Shown here: positions 38,211 to 50,690 of the stretch, piece after piece | Layout of the letters: each line of letters opens with the position of its first letter | How positions within the stretch are numbered: the stretch's first letter is position 1 | Assembly (NCBI GenBank): GCA_002269645.1 | Contig: NIVC01001342.1 | Span: forward strand, 1-64,000 | Source of the DNA: Macrostomum lignano | Taxonomy: Eukaryota | Direction of reading: 5' to 3' | Length of the DNA: 64,000 bases | Position numbers and translations under genes: made by a program | The notes under the pieces: model-generated | The model's database searches: none | What the model was told of the DNA's origin: nothing | Seen by the model: the letters and a program-made list of their open reading frames with translations, nothing else

Positions 38211-39624
38211 AGGATAGATAGACAGATCAAATCAGGTTTTTGGATGGGATGGGTTGATAACCGTGAATAATCATACGATGACTAAGTAGTGTCTATATTA
38301 TTTCGCCTCCGCGTGCTGGCTGACTGAGCAGTTTAATTGTATTGTGGTATTTAACCAGCATTCATTTTACCGTTTTAAGCGATCCCGCCTACTGCATGAC
38401 TAGAAAGTAGTAGTAAACAAAAACTACGAAATTAATGTATCTCGTAGATGCGCATGTAAATTCTAGGTTCAAGATTTCAATTAATCTTTAATTGAATGCA
38501 ATTCTTCTTCTGCACACCGCCCGTCCTGCACACCCAGAGCCCTCTTATCTGTCCGCCCAAACGGCTCGTGTTGCCTGTCGTTGTCTTCTGTATTTACGGA
38601 GGACTACAAGACTAAAGATCTAGACGACCCAGTCCAGAGACGCGTATTTTATAAGACCTGACAGTATATTGTGATGTTGTTGTTGTTATTGTTGTTGCTG
38701 ATGCTGTTGTTGCATTGACAAATTACATATGTTACCATAAGGTATTTGTGCCGCGTTTCGGCCTAGGAAGCATAGACATATCTATATATTGCTTCCAGTG
38801 CCCAAAAATCTATGGGCCAAACCCGCCAAGGGCCAGCTTGTACAAGCCAAACGAAGTTTCAGGAAACAAATTAAACACTTGTCAGCATTGCCACCTGGTC
38901 ATAGTAAAGCCAGTTGCGATCCACAAGAGTTCTAAAGGTAAGATTTTGTTGATTTTTGTGAATAAAAAACGGAAACTGCCTAATTATAACGTATATAGTA
39001 GCTGTGTTCTTTTTTCCTGAATCAGAAACAGGTAGGTTAAGACCAACATTTGGTTCTATTTGAATCAGACATCGAACTCAAGCATTTCTGCTGCTCTCCA
39101 GACTCCCCATAGACAAAAAGCTGTTCCCTACATGTACCATGTAAAAGTTACCATGTAGGTAACTTTTGACATAGTTGACAGAACGAAATGATTTTGGCGA
39201 CAGATTAAAGATGAGTAAAGCCGCTTTCCAGCGACATAAAACTTACAATGATTGGTTGCGTAGTTCCTGAGCAGCATGCAAAAGTATAAGTACTTATGGA
39301 ACATCCCTCGTATATTCTGGAAAAGCAGCAGGAGCCAATACAGACGTGTAATCCATGCAAATCTTCGTTCTGTTTGCAACAACTCGGTATAAAAGCGAAC
39401 TAATTGAGCCTAAATTCATCGAGAAGCTCTATACCGTAGACAACGTATCAGATCAATCTACATTACACTGCATCAAAGTAGTCATCTTAACTTGCTTACA
39501 TGTAGGTATCAAAAAATGGTTAAGCCATTAAGTCATTAATTAGTCCTGGATTTAACCCAATCTGAAAATTCCCAATCTGAAAGTTATCAGATGCATCGTT
39601 CGGTCTCTGATCAGGTGCGAGAGC

Positions 39625-40114
39625 TCAGGTGCACTTAATGAAGTTCTCTCCATTTATACAGACTAGGAACAAGGCTCGTCGTGCAGAATCAGAGTGAAAC
39701 TTGTTGCGGCAATCGAACCAAGATTTATGACTGAGCACAAGGTTATTGTCTACGTTGTGAAGGCTTTTTGACGCAAACAGATATTTACTATAGCTGGGGT
39801 TGAATATCACAGAGCGATTGTGCCCGACGCTCTCAAATACGAACTCGTTCCTCTGCTTGATGCGCTCAGCCCCGGCTTCTCTTGGGTGAGGCAGGACCAC
39901 GTGAGCCATCGGAGCTCGGGTTGTAGATGCCGTAGCGGTTATTGCCGCCGTGCTGCAGGAGGAACCGATTTGCTCGACTCGCCGATGTTCTCAACGATGT
40001 TCTCTTGACCAAATTGTCCGGCGCGCTGCCCCTCTTGTCCTTGCTGACGAACAAATAATCGCCATTTGCAACGCTGTAGATCAGATCCGAACCTCTTGCC
40101 TGTTGTCTGCCGCA
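39625..40114 (-). pseudogene. Possible degenerate gene for a three-fold-repeat (beta-trefoil-like) protein
   Basis: After a minus-strand acceptor (CCTCGCAG, + 40115-40122), ORFs 39866-40054 and 39625-39909 join by a frame break. They give three similar segments: LIYSVANGDYLFVSKD..DNLV..ANRF / YGIYNPSS..HVVLPH..RNEF / VIFNPSYSKYLFASK..DNNLVLSH..RNKF. Confidence 0.35.
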
Positions 40115-41081
40115 CTGCGAGGCGTCACGGCGGAGTTAATTTAGTTCACGGACAGGGCCAGAGACACCAACAGGCAGACGCAAAGAGCCCTCATTGTTAC
40201 ATGTATCTTTGAATACAGTCCCTCTCAGCATCATTCCCTCTCAGCATCATTCCCTGCTGTGTGTAAATTTTACATTAGCTATTCCCCCTCAATACATCAA
40301 TTGATGCAAAAAGTATTTTGAAGACAGAAGAAGCGTTTTGTAACGTTTATAAGCAGCTGTGATTTCTAAAGAATATATACATGTATGGAAAGCTAATAAA
40401 GATATCAACTTGCATGCATTATGAATTTATCTAGGAATAACGTTTGATCTGATTAAAAAAAGAATTATTCCGGTACAGTGTAGATAGAGACAAAGGCAAA
40501 AAATTAGATGAACGAGAGAGCGAAGTACAAGCCTGCAAACAAAAAACTCGGGTATAAAGCTAGAGCCACCTACAGCTATACCAACCCTGCTGCACCCCTG
40601 CCAATCCTCTGCCCCACCACCCCACTCCAAAACAGGGCCAATTAAAGTTAGCTACGTAACGCTGACAATGATTGGCTGACAATGAGTGACTAATCTACAC
40701 TTGAAGTCCCCGGCAAAATGCAAATTATACTAGCTGTTGTGTTCGCCAAATGAAAGTGCAAGGACTTCCAGACTTAGGCCCCGTCCTATAAAGCCATCGT
40801 AAGATAAGATCGTTCTTAGCCCCTATCTCCGCAGTGTAAACGTTCTGACGTACGATCCAACTTACGCTTTATAGCTTTATAGCTTTATAGTACGACCCCT
40901 TAGTCTAGTCTAGAAGTCCTTGTGAAAGTGATCATTAATAGTTCAGATTTTGCTTAGTTTTTGTAAATATTGAAGCATTATAGAATTTTACAATAAATTT
41001 GACGTACAAGTACAAGCGCCGTAAAGAAAATAAGTGGAGAAAAACCGTCTAGAAAAGCTATACAAAGCAAGATTTAAAAAA

Positions 41082-41345
41082 GGGCCTTTTCATATTACCA
41101 ATTCCAGAACCAGAATCGGTTCGGAATTCCAAGAAAAACAGCAGTATAACTATTAAACTCTGTTAATATTTGACTGCCTTAACAACCTAACTTAGCACAA
41201 TTTTTCACTTTCTAGCTTCTTGGCGATTGTCATTCAATAATAAAAACTTTATAGCACGTATCTCCCTCTAGTTATGGAGACAAAAAGTTATACTTCACAA
41301 ATTGGTTCTGGTTCTGGAACCAGAGCAAGCAATATGAAAAGGCCC
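41082..41345. mobile_element. MITE with perfect 15-bp TIRs (PIF/Harbinger-like termini)
   Basis: GGGCCTTTTCATATT (41082-41096) and AATATGAAAAGGCCC (41331-41345); subterminal TTCCAGAACCAGAA is also inverted. No clean TWA TSD seen. Confidence 0.65.
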
Positions 41346-43370
41346 ATGCAAAGATTTCTTTGGACCTTGCTACGCTTAGAAGTTGAGTATATTAATTAAT
41401 AAAGTATACTCTGCTTCGCATCGATGCTTATCGTAAAAAGACACTTAATCAACTGTAGTTGCAATAACTGTCTTGAGGTGTTTGTTAAATTTTACATGTA
41501 AATCCAGTGTTTTAATAACTGCAATTAAACGTCAAAATTCAGAGAAACTTAAACTTACTTTATTTTGAATTAGTATAAAAATGGATGTCAATTTCTTGAC
41601 GCACGTGACACGACACGACACACTGACACCATTCAGTCAAATCCAGTCAAACCAGTCCAGTCCAGATGTTGAAAACCCAGTCAACACCAGAACTAACTAA
41701 TTCTGAGTCTAAGACCCAGATTGGTACGAAAAATTAAAAAGCACTGAAAATTGAACTAGTTGAACTGAGCAATCAATTACGGGTACAATGTGTTATGTAT
41801 ATATTTTTTCAATAAAACTTTGGTTGGCTTAACTAAGCTTATACTAAATATAGGCCTACTTGGTATTTTTAGGCATAATTTAAACCATTTCATAATAGTT
41901 GTCTTGAACTTAAAGAAAATTGATTAAAGCTTTATCATTTTGTCCTAGACTCCTAGGCCTACTACCAAAAAATAATAGGCCTATATAATTATAAATTTAT
42001 ATTAATATTAAATTTTTTCATAACTCATACCTAGGGCCTACCTACTACTTCTCATTGCCATGTCTATGTCTTATGTCTACAATTCATTTCTTTTTTTGCC
42101 TTGGATAGGCCTACTATATTAGGTGATTATATATTATATACAATGTCATTATATAGGCCTAATAAAGATTGGCTTCTAGTCAATCTGGTGACAAGACAAT
42201 TTAGTGACAGATGATCCAGTGGTAGTCAAATTAGAAACAGATGATCTGGCAACAGCTTTTATATTGTAGATTTTATAGATTTTTTGATATAAGACAAAAC
42301 TTTATATGAACATAGGCCTACATATTATTTTTAATTTTATATTTATAGAATTCACTTTAGGATAGCCACTATCTTTTTCTAATAAAAATTGTACATTGTG
42401 GTTGTACTTCTGACATAATTTAGGGTATCACATCAAATGTTTTAATCAAATGTATAAAAATGTATCAATGTATTTGATTATAAAACTAGTGGGTAGCCTA
42501 TAGTAAAAAGAAAGAAAGTATCAATTTAATATAGTTTCAAATTTTTAAAGCAATACTATCATTATAAGATAACAAGCTATTGAAACCTGCGCATTTTGGA
42601 TTTTGAACCTGTTAAATTATGTGCAGGGCGATCTATAATTGTACGAGTAATAATGTTTTCAAATTCGTGCCTAAACGCTAAGTAAATAGTTTGTTATACT
42701 GTACAATTTTCTCATAATATTTTACAAATATAATTTTTGTTTTAATCTACGAGTAAAATTAGTATAAATACAAGCAAATTTGGCGGAGGGAGAAGCAACC
42801 TCGCGCATCGTGGTTCCATAATACAAGTTAATAGCAATTCCGAGAAAATAAGAATTGAAGAAGTGTTTTCTGTATTCATTCTTTTAAGAAGTAAGAGTGA
42901 AGTAGACGAAGGTGTGTACCGTATATACTACTAAGAAGGAAAGTGTTGAGTAGTGATAAGTTGCGAAGTAGATCTGAAGTAAGACGTGTAAGAATAACGG
43001 AGGCTGTGACCCTCTGATCTCGGTAACGCCCAAGGACTTACAACGTACATGAACTACATATACCAGTAACCCAAAATACCGCTCAGGCCATTATTAAGTA
43101 GAATGCTACCAGAATAATAGAACACTACCAGAATAATCAGAAGAGTACACCTTTCAGGGCTAACAGTTTTTCTAAGAATAATACTCAGACTAAATACTCA
43201 GACTAAATACTCAGATCAATTCTAAGAAACATTTCTCGGATTATTATAAGATTGATAAACTCATAATTTATTAATAGGATAATCCTGGTGGCAGCTACCA
43301 ACTTAAGAGATTAGTAAATTAGCCCTGTGATAGCTTTTGGTGACAGTGTGAAATTATTATTAAGAAGAAA

Positions 43371-43640
43371 GAATCACCCCTGTTACAACTTTGGTGGCAT
43401 TTAGTAGGATTCTCAGTGCACAGGAAACACACCTAGTACAACTTTGGTGGCATAACGGTGAAATTCTTATAGAGAGCCAAAAGGTCTGTAACAACTTGGT
43501 TACAGCGGTAGGATTTTGTATCATACGGGAACACCTGGAACAACTTGGTGGCAATAGTGGGATTGTTCATAAAGACAGAGGAATAACACCTGTTACAACT
43601 TGGTGGCAGCGGTGGGATTCTCAGTGTATAGGAATCACCA
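43371..43640 (+). repeat. Degenerate ~50-55 bp tandem repeat with core CACCTGTTACAACTTGGTGGCA
   Basis: Core seen about 5 times (~43376, 43430, 43485, 43530, 43587) with diverged remainder. Confidence 0.7.
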
Positions 43641-44383
43641 CTGCTACAATTATAATCATTGGAACTATTTTTGCATATATTTTATTGAAATAATCATAAT
43701 AGTTAATGGATGCATGCAAATTTGGCAACAGAAATTCAACATGGACAAATTTGGCGAAGGCTGAATGAAAAAAGACAACAAATGCATTTGGCCAAATACT
43801 TTTCAGTTATCTAAACTCATTTGGTTATCTTGAATTCTCTTACTCACTGAGCAGAAACTATGAGTATCTTATGCCTTATTTTATTTGTCTTAAAATATTC
43901 CAACAACATTGCAAGTAGACAATAAATCATTACTGCAAAGTACTTTTCAACAAAAAAGACAACAACAATTCAGAACTGAATGAATTGTACTTGTCATACA
44001 TAAAATTAATTAATGCACTTTATAAGACTTGATATGAAAAGTAAATTAACCACAAATAACTAATTTAGCCTGTCCTTGAGATAAATCCTGCACATTTAAA
44101 GATATGCAAATAAATTTTGAGCATATGTTGAATTATCAAACTTGCAATCAATTGTTTGCAATTAATTGATAATTAAATTATCAAATTATCAAATTATCAA
44201 TCATTTAAGTCCTATTTTCTAGATCTTGCATTAAGTTTAAATTGCTCTAAATCACAAAGTTTTTAGTTAGTCAAGTTAGAAACCTTTTTTAGTCTCTAGT
44301 TCATACCAAGTACTTTAGATGACGCCAATTTGAACTTGAACTTTAATATTATTCTATAAGAGCCTAAAATTACTCTTAAAATA

Positions 44384-44900
44384 TTAGAAATTATTGAAAT
44401 CACCTATTTGTGGTATTTCTTCAGGTGGTGGCCATTGATCGCTGTGCACTTCCCTCTTGAGTCCATATAGGTTGTTGCTTAGGACAACACGTTCAACCAT
44501 GTATATCTTGGTACACCACAGTGTCTTCAGTTCGCCGCATTTCCAATTGTCATGGACAAAGTTCCGCAGCAGCACCTTGTCACCAACTCTAAGGCTGAGG
44601 CTGCTGGCAGAGGCATACTTCTGAACATACGAGTGTAAGCTTGCACAAATTTTGTCCTGCCATCCCAGTGAAATCACCCCTGCAGCTTTGATGGGGTGGA
44701 CTTAATCCCCTGATGAGCTTTTCCAGTCGCAGAGGTGTGATCTTCTTAGATCAGTTGACAGATCTCTTTGATCCTCCACCTCCAGGCAATGCTCTGTTGA
44801 CTGATGGCGCTTCTTCTGACATCATAGAACAGCTACTGGGCCTCATACCTGAAGTTGTGCTCCTTTTGTCGAACCTTGCTGTTGAAGTTGTTCTTCTCCT
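44384..44900 (-). mobile_element. Decayed Ty3/Gypsy integrase C-terminal relic
   Basis: Minus-strand translation LRVGDKVLLRNFVHDNWKCGELKTLWCTKIYMVERVVLSNNLYGLKRE, preceded by HTSATGKA, resembles the 'H.ATG.SP ... L.VGD.VLLRN...KL...W...Y.V' integrase tail. Stops and frame breaks are present and no LTRs are seen. Confidence 0.5.
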
Positions 44901-46425
44901 TGGTTGTTGTCAAAGATGCAAGTATGTCGTTTGTATGTGCCACTAAGCAAGTAAAGTTTTATATCCAAATATGCAGCAGACATGCTTATGTCTCTTCAGT
45001 GTAGTTGATATGTTTAAACTTGCAGTTATTTATAGTTAAGTTTTGCATAACAAAATGTACAATTGTACATATACTGGTACTGTCTAGATTTAGATGTACC
45101 GAAAGTCAGAGAACTTTGAAATTTTGTTAACAGACTTGCGGACAAGAATGCGCGGCTATAAAAAATTTGGCAGTATTCATTTAGATGATATCAGATCATG
45201 GCTTAAACTGTGATTATGGACAGGTCTTTAATCTCATAAACCCCAGAGAGAAATCAGCCTAGGAGTGCGCTTGGCATGACTAGGCCCAAATAAAATAACA
45301 TATCCAAAGTTATTCAGCCAAATACTTTTCTGCCTAGGATAATGGTTGGCATAACACTGGAATCAACCCCCATTCTGTCTGCATAAACCCCCTGCAAGAC
45401 TTGTAATTTTAGCTAGCTGGGCCTGGGGTAGCAATATCCCAGGGCTTAACCAGGTAGTGTAAATATAAAAGTATGCAGGAGTGGCGGTAGAGGAGGCCAC
45501 TTTTGTGTCAATCCAGACGCAGCTACAAGCTCTTCTACAACCAAAACTGAACTTACTCAGAAGCCAGTCTTTACTTAGAACTTTTGCTAGAAGTTGAGAG
45601 AAGCTGCCCCTGCTGCCACCTACACTGCTACATGAAGATAAAAGAGTGAGTCACGTGTCTTTCTCATTTGAGGAGCTGGCTGGGCTTAATTTGTGTCATA
45701 GGGACAGGTGGATCAAGTCTCCTAATGCGATCCCACGCTCAGAGTCTGAAGTCAGTCTGTCCAGTTAACTGACGCCATCTTTGGGCTCGTCCACTGAGAT
45801 ACCTAGAGTTGCAATCCGGCCCTAAGCACAACACTCGACTTATATTATAGTTGTAGCTTGACAATGGTTAATGCATCTTGACTTTTGTGTAAATAAACAG
45901 AATTTTCTTAATTATATACACAAACTACACATTATATACTTAAAGCAAAATGATATTAAGAATGGGTAATTCATAAATAATTATTTCATCTAGTCAACTA
46001 AATATTTTTTATGATTAGGTGATTTGATTCAAAGGCTAAGTTGTATTTTGTTTTTATTACTTTGTTGTTTTGTTTTGTTTATTTTTTTATGACAAAAATT
46101 TCATTAACCATATGGCTGGCTGTTCCTCAGGGGGTCATGGAATTGGGTACAAGACATTTCACTGCCAGACATAACTGCCATCCTAATTGTTGTTGGTGAA
46201 ATGGTTGGCAGTCAATTGTTGAGCTCAGCTCCTTATGGACTCCATTGGAAGCTGTGGCTTGTGAGCCTCCATCTTCTGCCCTACTCTTATTGAATAGAAT
46301 ATGATGGATTGGCCAGGGGTATCTATTCAATACATTTTTGTCTGGACTATTTAGTGACAGTGGAATTCAACAATCCAAGTGAATAAAAGTCCTTGGCTCT
46401 GATGACTGCATGCTGAGCGCCTCGA

Positions 46426-48175
46426 ATGCCCAAGTCGAAGCGAGACCGGCCAGTGCCGCTCACCAAGACCAAGAAGCGGCGCAGTCAGGATGTCAAATCC
46501 CAGCTGATGGAGCGCGTCAGGGATCTGGTGAACTCCTACGATAGGATTCTGGTACTGTGCATTGACAACATGCGCAGCTCCAAGCTGCAGGTGAGAATCG
46601 GGTGTCTTGGCTATTGTTGCACTAGCGACCCTGGGGCGACTCTTGTGACTTTTTTCAGACTACTCAAACGCGTCTAATGCGACGGAGAGGCGACTGTTGC
46701 GTCACAAGCGCGTCACGTGAGTTGTAGAATCGTAAAAGAGTCGCAAAAGACTCGTCCAAGAATCGTTGTGTTGTCGCCAAAGATACTAGAATAACTAGAG
46801 GGGCCGCTTAGCACATTTGCGTGCAAGCTACTTTTTGCTCAGTAGTAGGTTAAACTGAAGCATTTTAATTTATTTTTAAAGGCAATGCTCATTTATTGGC
46901 TTTTACCCCCGGCTTAAACCCTCCAACCGCGCCTTTCCACACACCCCCCCTCCCGGACCCAATTTTTATTGCCTTTCTTGGAATTCCAGCCTAAAGCTGC
47001 TATGTACATTTCAGTGGACTGGCTAATGTACATTATTGCTGAGCCAATTAACTGTTTACGCCTGCAAGCTTGGGCTTCTAAGCTTATCGAAGTCATTTCA
47101 GCTGGCTTTGTTTTTTTATAAAATAGCTTATGTATTCTTCTTTGCTACTGAACTGAAAGTAGAAAGCTGTTTTACTAAGTGTATATGCTTGAGTGGCACA
47201 TCTTGTTATTCTTCTAGTATCTGTGGTTGGCGCTCAACTTTCGCTAGTGATGCGACTCGAATTCATCAAGCGACGCAAATGCGTCGTACGCAAACGAGTC
47301 GCAGACAATAAGACGCTTCAGAGTGACTCTCTTGAGCGTCGTTTCATCGGCGTCGTTTTAAAGTCGTTTAAAGTCACTTTCCTATTTCACCTGCCCAGTG
47401 CCTATGTAGGGTTTTCACCGCGCTGGAGTATCCGTCTCAAAATTTGCACCCCGAATTCGCCCCTCAGATGCTGCGAGCCGAGCTGAAGGACAGCAAGCTG
47501 TTGCTAGGCAAGAACCGCCTCATCGCCAAGGCGCTGGGTCTTACGCCCGGGGACGAGCTGCAGCCGAATCTGCACCGGCTGAGCCGCCTGCTGCGCAACC
47601 AGAAGGCCCTGCTGTTCACCAACCGGAGCCTGGCCGCAGTGTCGGAGCTCCTGGCCGGCCTCACCGACGCCGACTTCGCCAGGTCCGGCTTTGCCGCGGT
47701 GAACAGCGTTGAACTGATGCCCGGCGCCTGCCCGCAGTGGCAGCACTCGATGGAGCCCGCGCTGCGGAAGCTGGGCCTGCCCGTGCGCCTGGTCAAAGGT
47801 GTCATCCACCTGGAGCGGCCGCATCTGGTTTGCCGGCGGGGTCGCCGCCTCACCCCGGAGCAGTGCGAGGTGCTGAAGCTGTGCCAGTACCAGATGGCCG
47901 AGTTCCGGGTGCGGCCCGTCGCCTGCTGGGACAAGGCGGCCGGCGGCCGGCTTACCGACGACCTTCTCAGCGAGACTGCGGCCAAGGCCGCCGCCGAAGC
48001 CCCCGGCAGGGTGCGCCTGACTTCCACCGTGCTGGACGACGGCCTGTCCTACTTTGTGCCCGAGCTGCTTGACGACGATCCCGACGATGGCGGCAGCAGT
48101 GACGACGACGCGGAAATGGCGAGCGGTGACGAGGAAGTCGATGATGACGAAGACTTGGATGACGAGGAGGCTTGA
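46426..48175 (+). CDS. MRTO4: mRNA turnover protein 4 homolog (60S ribosome assembly factor Mrt4)
   Basis: Exon 1 46426-46590 (MPKSKRDRPVPLTKTKK...DNMRSSKLQ|GTGAG). Exon 2 47468-48175 (MLRAELKDSKLLLGKNRLIAKALG...LFTN...DFARSGFAA...SMEPALRKLGLPVRLVKGVIHL...LTPEQCEVLKL...acidic tail). Phase-0 join. Confidence 0.95.
46621..46791. mobile_element. Palindromic GCGACTC/GAGTCGC element in the MRTO4 intron, related to the left end of the 12061 element
   Basis: ACTAGCGACCCTGGGGCGACTCTTGTGACTTTTT resembles CTAGTGACTCTGGCGACTCT..TTGTGATTTTT at 12061; internal inverted pair GCGACTCTT / AAGAGTCGC. Confidence 0.45.
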
Positions 48176-48760
48176 GCGGGGGGGAGCCCCGCGTCTCCGG
48201 GTTTTTATGGGCGGCCTGGCATTTCCAATTGTTGTCAACTGTGTACGGTACTGCGATGGCCCTGCACTGGCAGCGGGGTGGCCTGGGTAAAGGGAACTAC
48301 TCGAAAGTAGTAAAGGTGGTTTTAAATTTGAAAATTGCTTTAAAGGGCTTGGCCACCTTGCTAGCTAAAATGATTTATTACTCTGTGCAGTTGCTTGTCA
48401 TTGTGTTGCGCTGTATTTGCAAATAAATAAATACCAAATTGTTGGTCTTTGGCAGAGAAGAAAGCTGACTCAAAAAAGAGACCCTTGAAGAAGAACAGAT
48501 CAATTTGCGAGTGCGCCGCGGGATTCCCGCGCGAGTTTGAGCTCGCCCGTGGCGCAGCTGCATTTGTACATCTGCGAGCTTGTGAAAATCGCGGCAGTCT
48601 TTCGTGTTCAGTTATTTTTTAATTCTAGCTTGTGTAAGGTCGGTAGTTTTAGAGGCTTTTGTGTGCATTGTAAATCCCAAGCTTGTGTGCGGGATCAGGG
48701 TTTTATAGTTGGCGTTGATTAAACGTGGAGTTGTATTACAGAGAGCTCATCAATTTTTTC

Positions 48761-50272
48761 ATGCTTCCCGCTCACGCGATGCATCGCCAGCGCAGTCCGT
48801 TAGCCCGTTACCGTCATCTCTCGCCTCGCTTTTTTGGCGGCTACTCGGAGTCTGGCGTGGCCTCATCTGCCAGTCGGGGCCTGGAAACGCTGCTCAGTGA
48901 CAACCTGATAAGCCGTGACTGCGAGAGCGGCCTCGAATCAAGCGATAGCAGCCTCAACGAAAGCATGACGCTGTCAGCTGTCGATAGAATGCTCGCTCGC
49001 AGAGACAAGGAAAGTATATTAGACAAGAAAAAGTTGACCGGCATCATTCGCAGTCTTGACTGGGTTGATAAGCCTTTGAATCGGGCTGTTTATGGGCCAG
49101 ATTTTGCTGCTATGGCGCAACGCCGCAACAACTATCGGTTCGGTGCAATGGGAGACCGTCAGCGTGCATTTGGTACTCTAGGTCACCGTGAGCGTGGACT
49201 CGGCGCTGTGGGTCACCGTGAGCATGGACTCGGCGCTGTGGGTCACCGTGAGCATGGATTCGGCGCTGTGGGTCACCGTGAGCATGGACTCGGCGCTGTG
49301 GGTCACCGTGAGCATGGACTCGGCGCTGTGGGTCACCGTGAGCATGGACTCGGCGCTGTGGGTCACCGTGAGCATGGACTCGGCGCTGTGGGTCACCGTG
49401 AGCATGAACTCGGCGCTGTGGGTCACCGTGAGCATGGACTCGGCGCTGTAGGTCACCGTGAGCATGGACTCGGCGCTGTAGGTCACCGAGAGCAAGGACT
49501 TGGAGCGATAGGGCGTTATGAGCGCGCACCCGGTGCAACTAGGCACCGGGACCGTAGTGAGCAGGAGCCACTTGCGATGAACTGGCGCAATCCTACTTTT
49601 GAGCCGATGACGAGCCGTAACCATCGTTTCCCAGGCCTCCTTGAGCTTGAGCGGCTTGAGCCAATGACTAGCAGAGACCGCCGTCCGTCCGACCGCCTTG
49701 AGCTCGAGCGGCTTGAGCCGATGACTAGCAGAGACCGCCGTCCGTCCGACCGCCTTGAGCTCGAGCGGCTTGAGCCGATGACTAGCAGAGACCGCCGTCC
49801 GTCCGACCGCCTTGAGCTCGAGCGGCTTGAGCCGATGACTAGCCGTAACCGTCGTTCGCCAGGCCTTGAGCTCGAGCGTGAGCTTGGTTTGACAAAGCGC
49901 CACGAGCGTGGGCAGAACTCATTGTTGGGCCGTCGTGGTCTTAAGAAGCGTCCTCCGAAGAGCCTGTTTTCGGTCGATCGTCGCAATAAAAAGCATGCTC
50001 AACTGGATCGCTATGACGAGCTGAAGGCTAAGGGCGCCCATATTCGTGCTCTGAAGGCGTTGGGCCGGGGTCTTCCAGCCGCGCCCGGCCGCGGTCATCG
50101 GGAGCAGGGGGCTGCCGGCCCGAGCCGCGCTCGCCGCAATCCGAGACCGAGCGGCCAGGGTCGGCGTGGGCGCGGACAGCAGCAGGCGGGTCCAGAAGGC
50201 TCCGGCCGCAAAGCCGCGGCTGTCCGGGACCTGCAGGCCAAGCATCGCAAGGACAGCGGTCGTCGTTTTTGA
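48761..50272 (+). CDS. Orphan Arg/His/Gly-rich low-complexity protein with in-frame internal repeats
   Basis: About 1.5 kb open frame (first ATG 48761; ORF track from 48725) with ~11 x 30-bp units (GHREHGLGAV) and ~4 x 57-bp units (LERLEPMTSRDRRPSDRLE). Both unit lengths are multiples of 3; followed by a T-rich 3' region. No recognisable homology. Confidence 0.5.
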   Translation: MLPAHAMHRQRSPLARYRHLSPRFFGGYSESGVASSASRGLETLLSDNLISRDCESGLESSDSSLNESMTLSAVDRMLARRDKESILDKKKLTGIIRSLDWVDKPLNRAVYGPDFAAMAQRRNNYRFGAMGDRQRAFGTLGHRERGLGAVGHREHGLGAVGHREHGFGAVGHREHGLGAVGHREHGLGAVGHREHGLGAVGHREHGLGAVGHREHELGAVGHREHGLGAVGHREHGLGAVGHREQGLGAIGRYERAPGATRHRDRSEQEPLAMNWRNPTFEPMTSRNHRFPGLLELERLEPMTSRDRRPSDRLELERLEPMTSRDRRPSDRLELERLEPMTSRDRRPSDRLELERLEPMTSRNRRSPGLELERELGLTKRHERGQNSLLGRRGLKKRPPKSLFSVDRRNKKHAQLDRYDELKAKGAHIRALKALGRGLPAAPGRGHREQGAAGPSRARRNPRPSGQGRRGRGQQQAGPEGSGRKAAAVRDLQAKHRKDSGRRF

Positions 50273-50690
50273 AAGTCTCAACCAGCTCAGCACAGCATGA
50301 TTTTTGACCAGCGTTTGTTTTACTTTGCTTTCGGGCTTCAGTTTCTGCAATGTTCAGCTTGTTTGCATTTGTTATTTTTTCTTTTTTTTCTGTTTTGTTT
50401 TTCCCCAAGGTTATTTATTAATATTCCGTTGAGATTCAGGTGGCTGAGGTGCTTTCTTTCCAAACGGAAGGTCAGAAGCTGCGTGTCTGCTTCGATAGTT
50501 TTTTTTTACTAGCAGACACGTCGCTCTGATGGCTTGTTGTGCTTTTCTGCTTTTGCAGCGCTAAATTTTGCGGTATTTTGAAATATAATTATTTATTAAT
50601 ATTTCAGAATTGCTGCAGTCTTTGCTTGGCTTTTTTAGGGTTGCGTTTAGTCCGGAGTTTTTAGCTTTCCAAAGTGGGTGAAGTGTCAGC

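Noticed and set aside
40774-40860. TTA-GGCCCCGTCCTATA, a Harbinger-like left terminus
   Set aside because: No matching right terminus found in the window.
41800-42450. Recurrent TAGGCCTA palindromes in AT-rich DNA
   Set aside because: Short common motif without array structure or defined boundaries.
43391-43693. 100-aa ORF with hydrophobic C-terminus
   Set aside because: Overlies a degenerate tandem repeat whose units shift frame; non-ATG start.
49990-50272. Weak resemblance of LDRYDELKAKG...RKDSGRRF to the RRP36 C-terminus
   Set aside because: Too short and low-complexity; no other RRP36 motifs.
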